DNA of 64,000 nt from Acidobacteriota bacterium (GTDB taxonomy: Bacteria > Acidobacteriota > Vicinamibacteria > Fen-336): positions 14,425-78,424 of the forward strand of contig QHVM01000017.1 in the NCBI GenBank assembly GCA_003223555.1, given 5' to 3'. Shown one piece after another: positions 54,421 through 63,999 of this stretch (position 1 is its first letter; each line of letters starts with the position of its first letter). The notes under the pieces are model-generated. The model was given only the letters and a program-made list of their open reading frames with translations. It was not told the DNA's origin and made no database searches. The position numbers and the translations under genes are program-made.

Positions 54421-55772
54421 GGCGGATCCCCGGCGCGGCCGTCCTCGCGCTCGTCGCTCTCTGCGGGTGCGCCCATCCCCGGCCGGCTCCCGCCGCTCCT
54501 CCGCCGCCGGCTCCGGCCGCGCGGGCCTCCCTCGCCGCCGACGACGAGGCGCTCCTCGAGGACCTGTCGCGGCGGTCGTTCCGCTTCTTCTGGGACGAAG
54601 CCGACCCGCGGACCGGCCTCGTCCGCGACCGCGGCCGCGCCGACGGCTCGCCCCACGACGAAGCGCACCGGGACGTGGGCAGCATCGCCGCGACCGGCTT
54701 CGGGCTGTCCGGCCTGTGCATCGCGGCCGAGCGCGGGTGGCTTCCCCGCGCGCGGGCGATGGAGCGGGCGCGAGGCACGCTGCGCTTCCTGGACCGTGGC
54801 CTCTACCAGAGCCACGGCTGGTTCCATCACTTCGTCGACGTCCGCACCGGGCGGCGCGTCTGGAACAGCGAGGTGTCCTCGATCGACACCGCGCTCCTGC
54901 TGGGGGGAGTGCTGACCGTGGGCCAGTGCTTCCGCGACGACGACGACGTCCCGCGCCTCGCCCGAGCCATCTACGAGCGGGTCGACTTCGCGTGGATGCT
55001 CGCCGGCGAACCGCTGCTCCTCTCCCACGGATGGAAGCCGGAGTCCGGGTTCCTGAAGGGACGCTGGGACCACTACTGCGAGCTGATGATCCTCTACCTG
55101 CTGGGCATCGGCTCGCCGACGCACCCCCTTTCCGCCGCCTCGTGGCATGCGTGGGCGCGCCCCGTCATGACATTCGCCGGGTACACCTTCGTGAGCGGGC
55201 CCGACCCGCTGTTCGTCCACCAGTACTCCCATGCCTGGGTGGATTTCCGGGACTGGACCGAGACGGGGCCCGCCGGCGTCGACTGGTGGCGGAACTCGGC
55301 CGACGCCACCCGCGCCCACAAGGCGTTCTGCCTGAGCTTGGCGAAGGAGTTCCCGGGCTACGGCGACGACGTGTGGGGCATCACGGCCTCCGACAGCCCC
55401 CGGGGCTACGTGGCGTGGGGCGGTCCGCCCCGCCACGAGACGATCGACGGGACGGTCGTGCCCTGCGCCGCCGCGGGGTCGTTGATGCTCGCGCCCGACG
55501 TCACGGTGCCGGCGATGCGCGAGATGCGCCGCCGGTTCGGCGACCGCGTCTACGGCATCTACGGCTTCGCCGACGCCTTCAACCCGACGACCGGCTGGGT
55601 GGATCCCGACGTCATCGGCATCGACCTCGGGATCACGCTCCTGAGCGCCGAGAACCTCCGGAGTGGAAGGGTCTGGGAGTGGTTCATGCAGAACGAGGAC
55701 GTGGTGAGGGCGCTCCGCGCGGCCGGCCTGGCCCGGCGCCGCTCCACCGCCGCGACGCTCAGGTGGTGGTGA
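54417..55772 (+). CDS. GH144-like endo-beta-1,2-glucanase (often annotated 'glucoamylase family'), lipoprotein
   Basis: Lipobox LCGC; SIAATGFGL, SSIDTALL, LF.HQYSH.W.DFR, WGITAS, YGF.DAFNP, GID.G; GTGA coupling to the GH3 gene. Confidence 0.8.
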   Translation: MRRIPGAAVLALVALCGCAHPRPAPAAPPPPAPAARASLAADDEALLEDLSRRSFRFFWDEADPRTGLVRDRGRADGSPHDEAHRDVGSIAATGFGLSGLCIAAERGWLPRARAMERARGTLRFLDRGLYQSHGWFHHFVDVRTGRRVWNSEVSSIDTALLLGGVLTVGQCFRDDDDVPRLARAIYERVDFAWMLAGEPLLLSHGWKPESGFLKGRWDHYCELMILYLLGIGSPTHPLSAASWHAWARPVMTFAGYTFVSGPDPLFVHQYSHAWVDFRDWTETGPAGVDWWRNSADATRAHKAFCLSLAKEFPGYGDDVWGITASDSPRGYVAWGGPPRHETIDGTVVPCAAAGSLMLAPDVTVPAMREMRRRFGDRVYGIYGFADAFNPTTGWVDPDVIGIDLGITLLSAENLRSGRVWEWFMQNEDVVRALRAAGLARRRSTAATLRWW

Positions 55773-57168
55773 TCTCCTGGTACTCGTTCTCGGTGTTCAC
55801 CGCCCAGACGTCGAGCTGCTCGCCGAGGAGGTTGCGCACCGCGAGCAGGGCGGTCAGCATCGCGTGGTCCTGGTTGTTGTACTTGTGCAGTCCGTTGCGC
55901 CCGATCATCTGCAGGTTCCCGAAGCCGTCCAGGTAGGAGCGCAGGGCGGCCAGGTGCTCCTTGTACTCCCAGTCGTAGACCGGATAGGCCTTGCGCTGGC
56001 GGAGGACCGCCGCTCCGGTGACCTCGTCCTCCGCGGCGAAGCCGAGCCGGGCCACCTCGCGCCGGGCCAGCGCCTCGAGGCTCGCGTCGGGCATCGACCA
56101 CAGCGCGTCGCCCTCGTTGCAGAAGTACTCCAGGCCGAGGCAGGTCTGGCCGGGGTCGGGCACCATGGCCGCGCTCCAGTTCTTGTAGTTCTGGATGCGG
56201 GCGACGTGCACGTCCGGGGTGTGGACGTAGATCCAGTTGTCGGGGAAGACCGCCGGCCGCCGGATGACGACCGCCACCGTGATGAAGTCGCGGTACCTCA
56301 GCGCCCGGGCGTGATCCCGGACCTCGGCGGGGGCGGGAGGGTCGAGGGCGAGGATCAGCTCCTGGAGCGCCATGCTGGCGAGGAAGTGCGTGCCCGCGTG
56401 CTCGTCCTCCTGGCCGGAGTGGCCGGAGACGACGGCCCGGACCGTGGCCCCCTCGTGACGGATCCGGATGACGTCGCGCTCGAGGCGGATCTCCTGCCCG
56501 CCTTCGCGTAGCCGCTCGGCCATCCGCTCCCACAGCATCCCGGGGCCGCGCCGCGGATAGTCGAACTCCTCGATGAGGCTGCGGGGCCGTTCCCGGCCCG
56601 GCACGAGCGCGTTGCGCATCGCCCCGCCGAGGGTCAGGCCCTTGATCCGCTGCGCGGCCCAGTCGGATCGGATCTCGGTGCACTTCCGGCCCCACACCTT
56701 CTCGGTGTACGTCTTGAAGAACATGAGGAAGAGGCGGCGGCCGAAGCGGTTCGACATCCAGCTCTCGAGGGTGCCGTCCTCCGGCATGGGGAAGAGCTTC
56801 TTGCGCGTGTAGCTGAGAGCCACCCAGCCGCTCTCGAACAGGCCCATGCGCCAGAGCGCCTCCAGCGGCTTCAGCGGGTAGTGGAAGAAGCGGCCCCGGT
56901 ACAGGATGCGCGAGAGGCGCCGCACGCGCAGGAAACGCTCGCCCAGCACCTCCTGCCAGATCTGCCGCACCTCGGGGATCTTGGTGAAGAAGCGGTGGCC
57001 CCCGACGTCGAAGAGGAAGCCGTCGTGGCAGACCGTGCGCGCGTGGCCTCCGACCTGCGCCTCCTTCTCCAGGACGACGCTCGGGAGGCCGGCCTTCATC
57101 AGCGCGTAGGCGGCGGTGAGCCCGGCGGGGCCCCCGCCCACGATCACGACCCGGCGGTCGTCTGCCAT
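55759..57168 (-). CDS. FAD-dependent oxidoreductase (HemY/UDP-galactopyranose-mutase-like)
   Basis: GGGPAGL, D.GGHRFF, YTEKVWG, AYP.Y, GRNG.H.YNNQDH. Confidence 0.85.
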   Translation of the reverse strand: MADDRRVVIVGGGPAGLTAAYALMKAGLPSVVLEKEAQVGGHARTVCHDGFLFDVGGHRFFTKIPEVRQIWQEVLGERFLRVRRLSRILYRGRFFHYPLKPLEALWRMGLFESGWVALSYTRKKLFPMPEDGTLESWMSNRFGRRLFLMFFKTYTEKVWGRKCTEIRSDWAAQRIKGLTLGGAMRNALVPGRERPRSLIEEFDYPRRGPGMLWERMAERLREGGQEIRLERDVIRIRHEGATVRAVVSGHSGQEDEHAGTHFLASMALQELILALDPPAPAEVRDHARALRYRDFITVAVVIRRPAVFPDNWIYVHTPDVHVARIQNYKNWSAAMVPDPGQTCLGLEYFCNEGDALWSMPDASLEALARREVARLGFAAEDEVTGAAVLRQRKAYPVYDWEYKEHLAALRSYLDGFGNLQMIGRNGLHKYNNQDHAMLTALLAVRNLLGEQLDVWAVNTENEYQEITTT

Positions 57169-57222
57169 GCCGGGTGGAAAAGGCGGATAATGGCGGGCGG
57201 CTCGGGTTCGCAGTCGCTCATG

Positions 57223-57308
57223 GCGGAAGTGGCGGAACGGCAGACGCACACGGCTTAGGCCCGTGTGCCCGAAAGGGCATGGGGGTTCGAATCCCCCCTT
57301 CCGCACCA
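57223..57308 (+). tRNA. tRNA-Leu (anticodon TAG)
   Basis: Acceptor GCGGAAG/CTTCCGC, anticodon arm CACGG-CTTAGGC-CCGTG, long variable arm TGCCC-GAAA-GGGCA, TTCGAAT loop, encoded CCA. Confidence 0.97.
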
Positions 57309-57340
57309 CATGGTCCGGCCGCGTCCGGTACTCCACGGCG

Positions 57341-58213
57341 GTGACGGTGGCGCAAGCTTATCGGGATCGGGAAGCGCCGGCAAACGGCCTCGTGGTCGCG
57401 ATCCAGGGCGAGCGCGGCGCCTTCAGCCACGAGGCTGCCCTGGACCTGCTGGGCCCGGGGACCGAGGTCCTGCCCCGGCCGAGCTTCGACGCGCTCTTCG
57501 ACGCCGTCCGCGACCGGGCCGCCGACCGCGCCCTGGTCCCGATCGAGAACTCGCTCGCGGGGTCCATCCACGAGAACTACGACCGGCTGCGCTCGCGGCC
57601 CTTCCACATCGTGGCCGAGACGCAACTGCGCATCCGGCACTGCCTCGTGGCGCGTCCCGGCGCCACCCTGGACGGCATCCGGCAGGTGGCTTCGCACCCG
57701 GTCGCGCTGGCGCAGTGCCGGGAGTTCTTCGCCCGTCACCCCCAGCTGGAGGCGGTCGCCGCCTACGACACCGCGGGCAGCGTCATGGAGCTCATGCGGG
57801 ACGGACCGGCCAGCCGGGCCGCCATCGCCTCGCGCCTGGCCGCCGAGACCTACGGCGGGCGGATCCTGCTCGAGGAGATCGAGGACGACCCGCAGAACTA
57901 CACGCGCTTCCTGCTCCTCGCGCGCGAGCCGGCGCCGCCGCCGGGCGCGGCCGGCAAGACCACGGTCGTCTTCACCCTGCAGAACGTGCCGGGCGCGCTG
58001 CACCGTGCCCTGGGCCTCTTCGCCGCCCGCGGCCTCGACCTGGCCAAGATCGAGTCGCGCCCGCTGCGGGGCCGGCCCTGGGAGTATGTCTTCTACCTGG
58101 ACGTGCTCGGCGACCCCGCGGCCGAGCTGGCGACGGCGCTCGAAGAGCTGCGCCAGCTCGCGGGCGAGTTCCGGGTCCTGGGCTCCTATCTGCGCCACGG
58201 CGACAGCGTCTGA
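57341..58213 (+). CDS. pheA: Prephenate dehydratase
   Basis: QGERGAFS, PIENS..G, SHP.AL.QC, NYTRF, ACT domain with IESRP; start uncertain (57341 or 57347). Confidence 0.93.
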   Translation: MTVAQAYRDREAPANGLVVAIQGERGAFSHEAALDLLGPGTEVLPRPSFDALFDAVRDRAADRALVPIENSLAGSIHENYDRLRSRPFHIVAETQLRIRHCLVARPGATLDGIRQVASHPVALAQCREFFARHPQLEAVAAYDTAGSVMELMRDGPASRAAIASRLAAETYGGRILLEEIEDDPQNYTRFLLLAREPAPPPGAAGKTTVVFTLQNVPGALHRALGLFAARGLDLAKIESRPLRGRPWEYVFYLDVLGDPAAELATALEELRQLAGEFRVLGSYLRHGDSV

Positions 58214-58229
58214 CATCCAGGGGAAAGGC

Positions 58230-58820
58230 TCACCAGGGCACGATCATCGGAACGCGTCGCCGGTATTCCCCGTATTCCGCGCCGAAGCGGTCCTGCAGCT
58301 CACGCTCTTCGAGCGGGATGAGAACGCACAACAGCGCCACGAGCCAGAAACCGACCGCGACGTACGTCGCCAGGTAGTTCGCGATGAGCGCCCCGCCGAC
58401 CATGAAGAGCGTCACTTCGAGGTAGCGCGGATGCCGGACCCTCCCGTAGATGCCCTCCTTCAGGAGCCTTGCTGGATACCTTTCCGTCGCCAACTCCGGC
58501 AGGCCCACGAGAGTCTCGAGCTTCATGTGCTTCCCGCGTGCGCGCGCAACGACGCCGCCCAGGACCAGGATCGGGACGCCCAGGCCGATCAGCGGGTAAT
58601 CCGTGCCGAGATCCACGGCCATCAGAGGGGCTCGGAAGGAGAACAGGGCCAGCGCGCAGGCGATCACTTCGACCAACGCGAGGACATAGGCCCACCGGTG
58701 TCCGATCCGACGCCAGTAGTCCACGAAGCCGTGGATCGTCGACCAGAACGCAACCGCGCCGGGCAGGACGGCCACGATGACGAGGCCCATGTCATACCGG
58801 ACGAGCTCGATCCAGGTCAC
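58230..58820 (-). CDS. Isoprenylcysteine carboxyl methyltransferase (ICMT/PEMT) family membrane protein
   Basis: L...GIY..VRHP.Y, EE..L...FG.EY..Y...VP. Confidence 0.88.
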   Translation of the reverse strand: MTWIELVRYDMGLVIVAVLPGAVAFWSTIHGFVDYWRRIGHRWAYVLALVEVIACALALFSFRAPLMAVDLGTDYPLIGLGVPILVLGGVVARARGKHMKLETLVGLPELATERYPARLLKEGIYGRVRHPRYLEVTLFMVGGALIANYLATYVAVGFWLVALLCVLIPLEERELQDRFGAEYGEYRRRVPMIVPW

Positions 58821-58914
58821 GAGCCTCGCTCCCCCGGCCGGCCTTGCAACCCGGCCGATCGCGCCCAGCCGTGGGCCCCTATTGCCGCGGCGTCGCGCTT
58901 TCTGACTGCGGTGC

Positions 58915-59958
58915 TCAGCGGATGTGGAACTTCGACTTCACCACGCGGCCGGCCTTGCGCCGGCAGCGATACCAGGCCGACACGTCGTTCATCGGGACCC
59001 AGCGCCGCTCCTCCTTGCGGTAGTGCCAGTCCTTCTCCACCTGGTAGAACACCTGCATCCCGCGGCCCTCGAGGATGTTGGTGATCTCGTTGTCGTGGTG
59101 GTTCAGCTCGTCGTAGTCGGTGATGGCCCGCTGCCCCATCTCCGAGTAGAGAAGGTTCAGCTCCTGGAGGAGCTGGTCGAGCACGGGGTCGAGGTCCTTC
59201 ACGTCGAGGCCGAGGGCGCGCGCCTCGCGGCTGGTGATCGGGTACTGGTGGGCCGGATAAGAGGAGTTGAGGCGGCGGGAGATCCGCTCGATCTTCTTCC
59301 CGTCCCTCATGTGGTAGCCGAGGATCTCGCGGCACAGCATGAGCGAGAGGCTGCTCGCGCGGTCGAGGGCGCCGATGACCAGGGGGTGCAGGTACTTGTA
59401 CAGCTCCTGGTAGGCATTGACCTTGTCCTCGCCTCGCCCCACCGTCTCCTTCCAGAGCCGGATCACGCGCTCCACCTCGTCGTGGCTCACCGCCACGAGG
59501 TTGTTCGTGTGGTCGAGCGGCGACAGGTCGTGCTCGAGCGACGTGTCGACGGCGGTCAGGAACGAGAGCGGTCCCATGAGGATGGTGTCGGCGCCGAGGG
59601 CGAGCATGGTGGCCGCGGAGGCGCAGTTGAGCGGGGCCACCACCGTGAGCCGCCGCGCGTGCCGGCGCATCAGGTGGACGAGGCGCAGCGAGGCCATCCC
59701 GCTGCCGCCGTCGGACTTCACGAACAGCGTGAGCTGCTTCTGCGGCCCGAGCGCCCGCAGCAGCTCGTGCAGCGCCATCACGTCGTTGTCGCAGACCGAG
59801 CCGCTGGTGGAGGTCCAGTAGCTCAGGAACGGGCCCTCCACGCTGCGCTGGATGCTCGCGATCACCCGCTGGGTGGCGTCGAAGAGCAGCGGGGGCGTCT
59901 TGATCCGGACCCGGTGCCGCGCGGTCGGCAGCTTTCCGCGGGAACGAGGCTTGGCCAT
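58915..59958 (-). CDS. SDH_sah-type ClpP-fold serine protease-like protein
   Basis: KSDGG, SAATMLALGAD.I.M, H.YPI...EA..LGL. Confidence 0.75.
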   Translation of the reverse strand: MAKPRSRGKLPTARHRVRIKTPPLLFDATQRVIASIQRSVEGPFLSYWTSTSGSVCDNDVMALHELLRALGPQKQLTLFVKSDGGSGMASLRLVHLMRRHARRLTVVAPLNCASAATMLALGADTILMGPLSFLTAVDTSLEHDLSPLDHTNNLVAVSHDEVERVIRLWKETVGRGEDKVNAYQELYKYLHPLVIGALDRASSLSLMLCREILGYHMRDGKKIERISRRLNSSYPAHQYPITSREARALGLDVKDLDPVLDQLLQELNLLYSEMGQRAITDYDELNHHDNEITNILEGRGMQVFYQVEKDWHYRKEERRWVPMNDVSAWYRCRRKAGRVVKSKFHIR

Positions 59959-59968
59959 GGCGGGCACT

Positions 59969-60637
59969 CTATACCAATCGCGCCGGGTCCAGGCAGGCCG
60001 GTCCTTCGTTCCTCGCGTTGTTGACCGCCGGCCCGACCGGCCGCGCCTCCAACGGCTGGGGAGGATGGGGCCGCAGGAGCGCCGCCAGCGATACAGGGTC
60101 GGCGCTCTCCGGCGCGAGCCAGCGGTCGTAGTCGGCGGGGTCCAAGATCACCGGCATCCGGTCGTGGATCGGGCGCAGCAGCTCGTTGGGCTCGGTCGTG
60201 AGGATCAGGCAGGAGGCGGGCGCGCCGTGCTCCTCGGGCTCCCAGAGGCCGGCCATCGCGAACGGCCGCCCGTCCTTGCGGCGGACGTGGAAGGCCTGGC
60301 GCCGTCCCTGGGCGTGCGCCCACTCGTAGAACCCGTCGGCGGGCACGAGGCAGCGGCGGCGGCGGAAGGCGTCCCGGAAGGACGAGCGCGCGGCCACCGA
60401 CTCCGACCGCGCGTTGATGAGCGGGCCCCCTCGGCGTCCGCCCTCGACGGGAGACCGCGTCAGACCCCAGGTGAGCAGGTCGAGCTGGCGCGGCGCGCCA
60501 TCCCCCAGGCGCCGGACCACCGCCACCGGCTGGGTCGGCGCGATGTTGTATCGGGCCTCGAGGATGGGCACGTCGTCGAGGCCGAAAGCCTCGGCGATCA
60601 GGTCGGGAGGCAGGGTGAGCGTGAAGCGGCCGCACAC
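59969..60637 (-). CDS. SOS response-associated peptidase (SRAP/HMCES/YedK family)
   Basis: MCGRF N-terminus, YNIAPTQ, NARSE, GFYEW, IHDRMPVIL. Confidence 0.95.
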   Translation of the reverse strand: MCGRFTLTLPPDLIAEAFGLDDVPILEARYNIAPTQPVAVVRRLGDGAPRQLDLLTWGLTRSPVEGGRRGGPLINARSESVAARSSFRDAFRRRRCLVPADGFYEWAHAQGRRQAFHVRRKDGRPFAMAGLWEPEEHGAPASCLILTTEPNELLRPIHDRMPVILDPADYDRWLAPESADPVSLAALLRPHPPQPLEARPVGPAVNNARNEGPACLDPARLV

Positions 60638-60687
60638 CCTGCCATTCTAGAACCGGAATGCGGCGCGCGCCGGACGTGACCCAGCAG

Positions 60688-61407
60688 TCAGGCGCTGGCG
60701 CGCTGCTCGGCGGGCCGGGGCACCGGGCCGAGGACGGTGGCCGACTTGGCCGCGGCCTCCGCCGCCGCCATCCGGGCGCGCCGCGCCAGCCGGGCCGCCG
60801 CGCTCTTCGCGGCCAGGGCCTGGGCCGCCCGCCGCTTCCGCCGTGCGACGAGCGCCTTCTGCAGCTCGTGCTGCAGGTCGTCCGGCGTCCTGACCAGGGA
60901 CGACCACCAGGACCACGGCCGGTCGGAGGCGGAGGCGTACTCGACCTTGCAGACGAACTTCGTCCCGTCCGGCCCTTCGCGCCACACCCCGAAGCGCACC
61001 TGCAGGGGCTTCATCTCCTCGTGGCGCAGCTCGGTCCAGACCGCCTTCTCGAAGGCCTCGGCGAGCACCGGATCGACCGACCAGACCGGGTTCTCGCGGA
61101 ACTGGATCGCCTCCCACAGCAGCTTGCGGAGGGCACGCTTGAGGAACTGCGGATCGCGCTCCGCCTTGTGGAAGAGCTTGCGGTAGCGGTCGCCGTCGGC
61201 GCGGTGCACGCTCTCCCAGTCGATGTGCTCGGACTTCAGCCGCGGCGCGCCCTGCAGCGACACTTCCCACGCTCCCGCCCCCGAGTTGGGGGTGACGGAG
61301 ACCGTCCATTCCTCCCCGGGCGGCGCGCCCAGCTCGCTCAGCACATCCCTCAGCACCCGTTCGGTCTCGGCGTCGCCGACCGCGACCCGGCCAATGCTCA
61401 ATGACAT
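60688..61407 (-). CDS. Hypothetical protein
   Basis: GGAGGA RBS, high GC3, Trp-rich core and Ala/Arg-rich tail. Confidence 0.8.
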   Translation of the reverse strand: MSLSIGRVAVGDAETERVLRDVLSELGAPPGEEWTVSVTPNSGAGAWEVSLQGAPRLKSEHIDWESVHRADGDRYRKLFHKAERDPQFLKRALRKLLWEAIQFRENPVWSVDPVLAEAFEKAVWTELRHEEMKPLQVRFGVWREGPDGTKFVCKVEYASASDRPWSWWSSLVRTPDDLQHELQKALVARRKRRAAQALAAKSAAARLARRARMAAAEAAAKSATVLGPVPRPAEQRASA

Positions 61408-61523
61408 GGATCGTCCTCCAATGTGCGAGTTCGATGCATTCCGTTCGGGAACCCGGGTTCCGTCCGCGCCGGCCACGCGGTCGCGGCGCCGGCAGAGGGT
61501 TGTGCGGACCCGGCTGAGCTTCA

Positions 61524-61539
61524 AGCAACGCGTGTGCCA
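61524..61539 (-). promoter_or_regulatory. sigma-54 promoter
   Basis: Minus strand TGGCAC-ACGCG-TTGCT, exact consensus. Confidence 0.7.
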
Positions 61540-61638
61540 GCGCGAAGGGACTCGGGGGGAAGCGGCTAACCCTCCGAATCTGCTGGCGCGAAGGCCCGCC
61601 GGACGTGAAGGCTGCCGGGGGACGCGGCCACGGCAAAC

Positions 61639-61657
61639 TCTACAAAGCCCTTGTAGA
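61639..61657. promoter_or_regulatory. Inverted repeat, candidate enhancer or regulator site
   Basis: TCTACAA-N5-TTGTAGA, 100 nt upstream of the sigma-54 site. Confidence 0.45.
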
Positions 61658-61752
61658 ACTCTCGGGAAAGGCGTAATGGAGTGGCGTTCCCTGGCGTGGC
61701 CGGGGAGGGGTAGACTATCGGCGGCTCAACCCCAAGCCCGAGAGGTCCCGCG

Positions 61753-62151
61753 TTGCCCGAAGCGCCGCTGTCCGGATTCCGCCTCCTGGTGGTCGAAGAC
61801 GACCAGGACACCCAGGAGGCGCTGCGCGCGGTCTTCGAGATGAAGGGCGCCGCGGTGACCACCGCGGGCTCCGCGCTCGAAGGGTTCCAGTCCTTCCTGC
61901 GCCTTCGCCCCGATGTCATCGTCTGCGACCTCGGCCTTCCCGGGGCCGACGGCTATGCCCTCATCCGCCAGATCCGCGAGCTGCCCCCGGTGATGGGCGG
62001 CAGCACGGCGGCGGTGGCGGTGACCGCGTACTCCGCCGAGATGACCCCCAAGGTCCTGCATGCCGGGTTCCAGGCCCACCTCCACAAGCCGGTCGATCCC
62101 GACGAGATCGTGAAGACGGTGGCCGCGCTGGCCTTGAAGGCGCGCCAGTAG
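61753..62151 (+). CDS. Single-domain response regulator (CheY-like receiver)
   Basis: LVVEDD, PDVIVCDLGLP..DG, VTAY, KP; TTG start with GAGG RBS. Confidence 0.92.
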   Translation: MPEAPLSGFRLLVVEDDQDTQEALRAVFEMKGAAVTTAGSALEGFQSFLRLRPDVIVCDLGLPGADGYALIRQIRELPPVMGGSTAAVAVTAYSAEMTPKVLHAGFQAHLHKPVDPDEIVKTVAALALKARQ

Positions 62152-62266
62152 ACGGCCCGAGCGAGCAGCTTCGTCGAAGCGACGGAGTGTGCTCGGCTCA
62201 CGGCGGGCAGACGATGGTCGGCGGTCACCCTGAAGATCCACTTTCACGTCCAGAGGGGGAGAGAGA

Positions 62267-62800
62267 ATGAGGAATCGAGTCGCTTGGGGCGCGGTCGTCG
62301 TCGGCGGGCTTCTCCTTCCCGCCCTCGCCCACCCTCAGGCGAGCCCACCGGCGGACCGCGTGAGCGCCGAGATGCTGATGGCGGAGATACGCCTCCTCCG
62401 GCAGGCGATCGAGCGCCAGAGCGCCATGGCCGCCCGGACCAACCTGCTGGTCGGCCGTTTGACCCTGCAGGACCAGCGCATCGCTCGCTTGCGCGCGACG
62501 GCCGACCGCCTCGACGAGGAGCTGTCCGGCGTCGCCTCGGACAGGAACCGGGCCCGGGCTGCGCTGGCCGAGCTGCAGCGGGCGGTGGAACAGGCCACCG
62601 ACGACGCGCGCCGCACGCAACTGGAGTCGGAGCTACGGATGGAGCAGGCGCGAATGAAGGACCGCGACGCTCGCCTGGCCGACCTCCAGACCAGGCAGGG
62701 CCAGGCGCGGCAGGCGCTGGACGCCGAAGGCGCGCGCCTCGAAGAGCTGGAGTCGTCCCTGAGCCAGCTCGAGCGCGGGCTCAGCCCGCCGAGCCGTTGA
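62267..62800 (+). CDS. Secreted coiled-coil hypothetical protein
   Basis: Signal peptide ending ALA, then continuous heptad repeats. Confidence 0.8.
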   Translation: MRNRVAWGAVVVGGLLLPALAHPQASPPADRVSAEMLMAEIRLLRQAIERQSAMAARTNLLVGRLTLQDQRIARLRATADRLDEELSGVASDRNRARAALAELQRAVEQATDDARRTQLESELRMEQARMKDRDARLADLQTRQGQARQALDAEGARLEELESSLSQLERGLSPPSR

Positions 62801-62814
62801 GGCGAGGCGCCTCG

Positions 62815-63999
62815 CTAGTGCCCGATGCGGGGACTCGGCCGGCCGAGCAGATACCCCTGCCCGTAAGTCACCCCCAGCTCGAGCAGGCTCTGCAGCTCGT
62901 CCGGATGCTCGATCCCCTCCGCGACGATGCTGGACTCGATCTGACGGCCCAGCGTGGCCAGGGCGGTGATGATCTCCCGCTTGATCGTCTCCTGGTGGAG
63001 GCTGTGGACGATGGAGTTGGCGACCTTGATGTACTCCGGCCGCATCTGGAGGATCGACTCCAGCCCGGAGTAGCCCGACCCGGCGTCGTCGATGGCGATC
63101 TGCAGGCCGGCCGACCGCAACCGGACGAGCACCTCCCGGAACGTCGCGTAGTCCCAGATCCCTTCCTTCTCGGAGATCTCCATCACCACCTGCGGGTGGC
63201 AGCGCTTGATGTGGGCGAGGTTGCGGTCGTCGAGGAAGACGGAATGGGCGAGGAACCTCGAGGACGCGTTGACGAAGAGCTTGGCCTCCTTCACCGCGCC
63301 GGGCAGGTGGCCGAAGATCGTCTCCAGGCACAGGTTCTCCAGCTCCAGCTCGAGGCCCGCCTCACGGGCGGCGGCGAAGAGCACGTCCGGGGCCTCCAGC
63401 TCGCTGCCGAGCGGGCCGCGGATGAGCGCCTCGTAGCCGAGCACCGATTTCTTCCGGATGTCCATGACCGGCTGGTAGACGGCCCGCAGCTTCCGGCCCG
63501 ACAGCAGCGTGCGGAACTCCGAGACCAGCTCCTGCTTCTCCTGGGTCTCCCGCACGCCCACCTGACGGGCCGCCTCCTGCAGCCCCCGCAGGATGTGCCG
63601 GGAAGGACGGACGCGGGGATCGTCGGGGACCCGGATGCAGCTGGCGTGGACGCTCATCAGGTCCACCGCCGTCCGGCCCAGGCTCTGCCGTAGCCGCTTC
63701 ACCGCCCCGTCGCGGAGCCGGCGGGCCTCGTCCTCCAGCCGGGCCCCCCGGCCCCCGTCGCCGCGCGCGGGAAGGTCGAAGAGGAGGTAGAAGCCGTCGG
63801 CGCCGTTGAACTGCAGCGAGAACAACCGCCCCTTGAGGGGCGAGGTGTCGAGGTCGGCGCGAAGGCTGTCGGTCGTCAGCCGCAGCACCCGGTCGTAAAG
63901 CTCCCACCCGTAAAGACTCTCCACGCCCGAGAAGCGGCCGAGCTGGAGGTAGATGACGCCGAGCGTCCCGATCCGCTCGTTGTGGAAGTCGGCCAGGGG
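62815..63999 (-). CDS. EAL-domain c-di-GMP phosphodiesterase with a degenerate GGDEF-like domain; 5' end lies outside the window
   Basis: YQP, GYEALIRG, LFVN, DDAGSGYS, EGIE, QGYL; the frame stays open to the window edge. Confidence 0.9.
   Translation of the reverse strand, partial: PLADFHNERIGTLGVIYLQLGRFSGVESLYGWELYDRVLRLTTDSLRADLDTSPLKGRLFSLQFNGADGFYLLFDLPARGDGGRGARLEDEARRLRDGAVKRLRQSLGRTAVDLMSVHASCIRVPDDPRVRPSRHILRGLQEAARQVGVRETQEKQELVSEFRTLLSGRKLRAVYQPVMDIRKKSVLGYEALIRGPLGSELEAPDVLFAAAREAGLELELENLCLETIFGHLPGAVKEAKLFVNASSRFLAHSVFLDDRNLAHIKRCHPQVVMEISEKEGIWDYATFREVLVRLRSAGLQIAIDDAGSGYSGLESILQMRPEYIKVANSIVHSLHQETIKREIITALATLGRQIESSIVAEGIEHPDELQSLLELGVTYGQGYLLGRPSPRIGH

Noticed and set aside
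57169-57336. N-terminal extensions of the oxidoreductase and pheA ORFs across the tRNA
   Set aside because: They are translations of the tRNA-Leu sequence; the real starts are 57168 and about 57341.
57223-58820. tRNA-Leu as an island integration site
   Set aside because: No integrase and no duplicated tRNA 3' end were seen; pheA follows directly.
61628-61675. GGCAAAC as a c-di-GMP-I riboswitch near the EAL gene
   Set aside because: It lacks the GNRA-capped P2 and the downstream GACGCAAAG element; it is better explained as a DNA palindrome.
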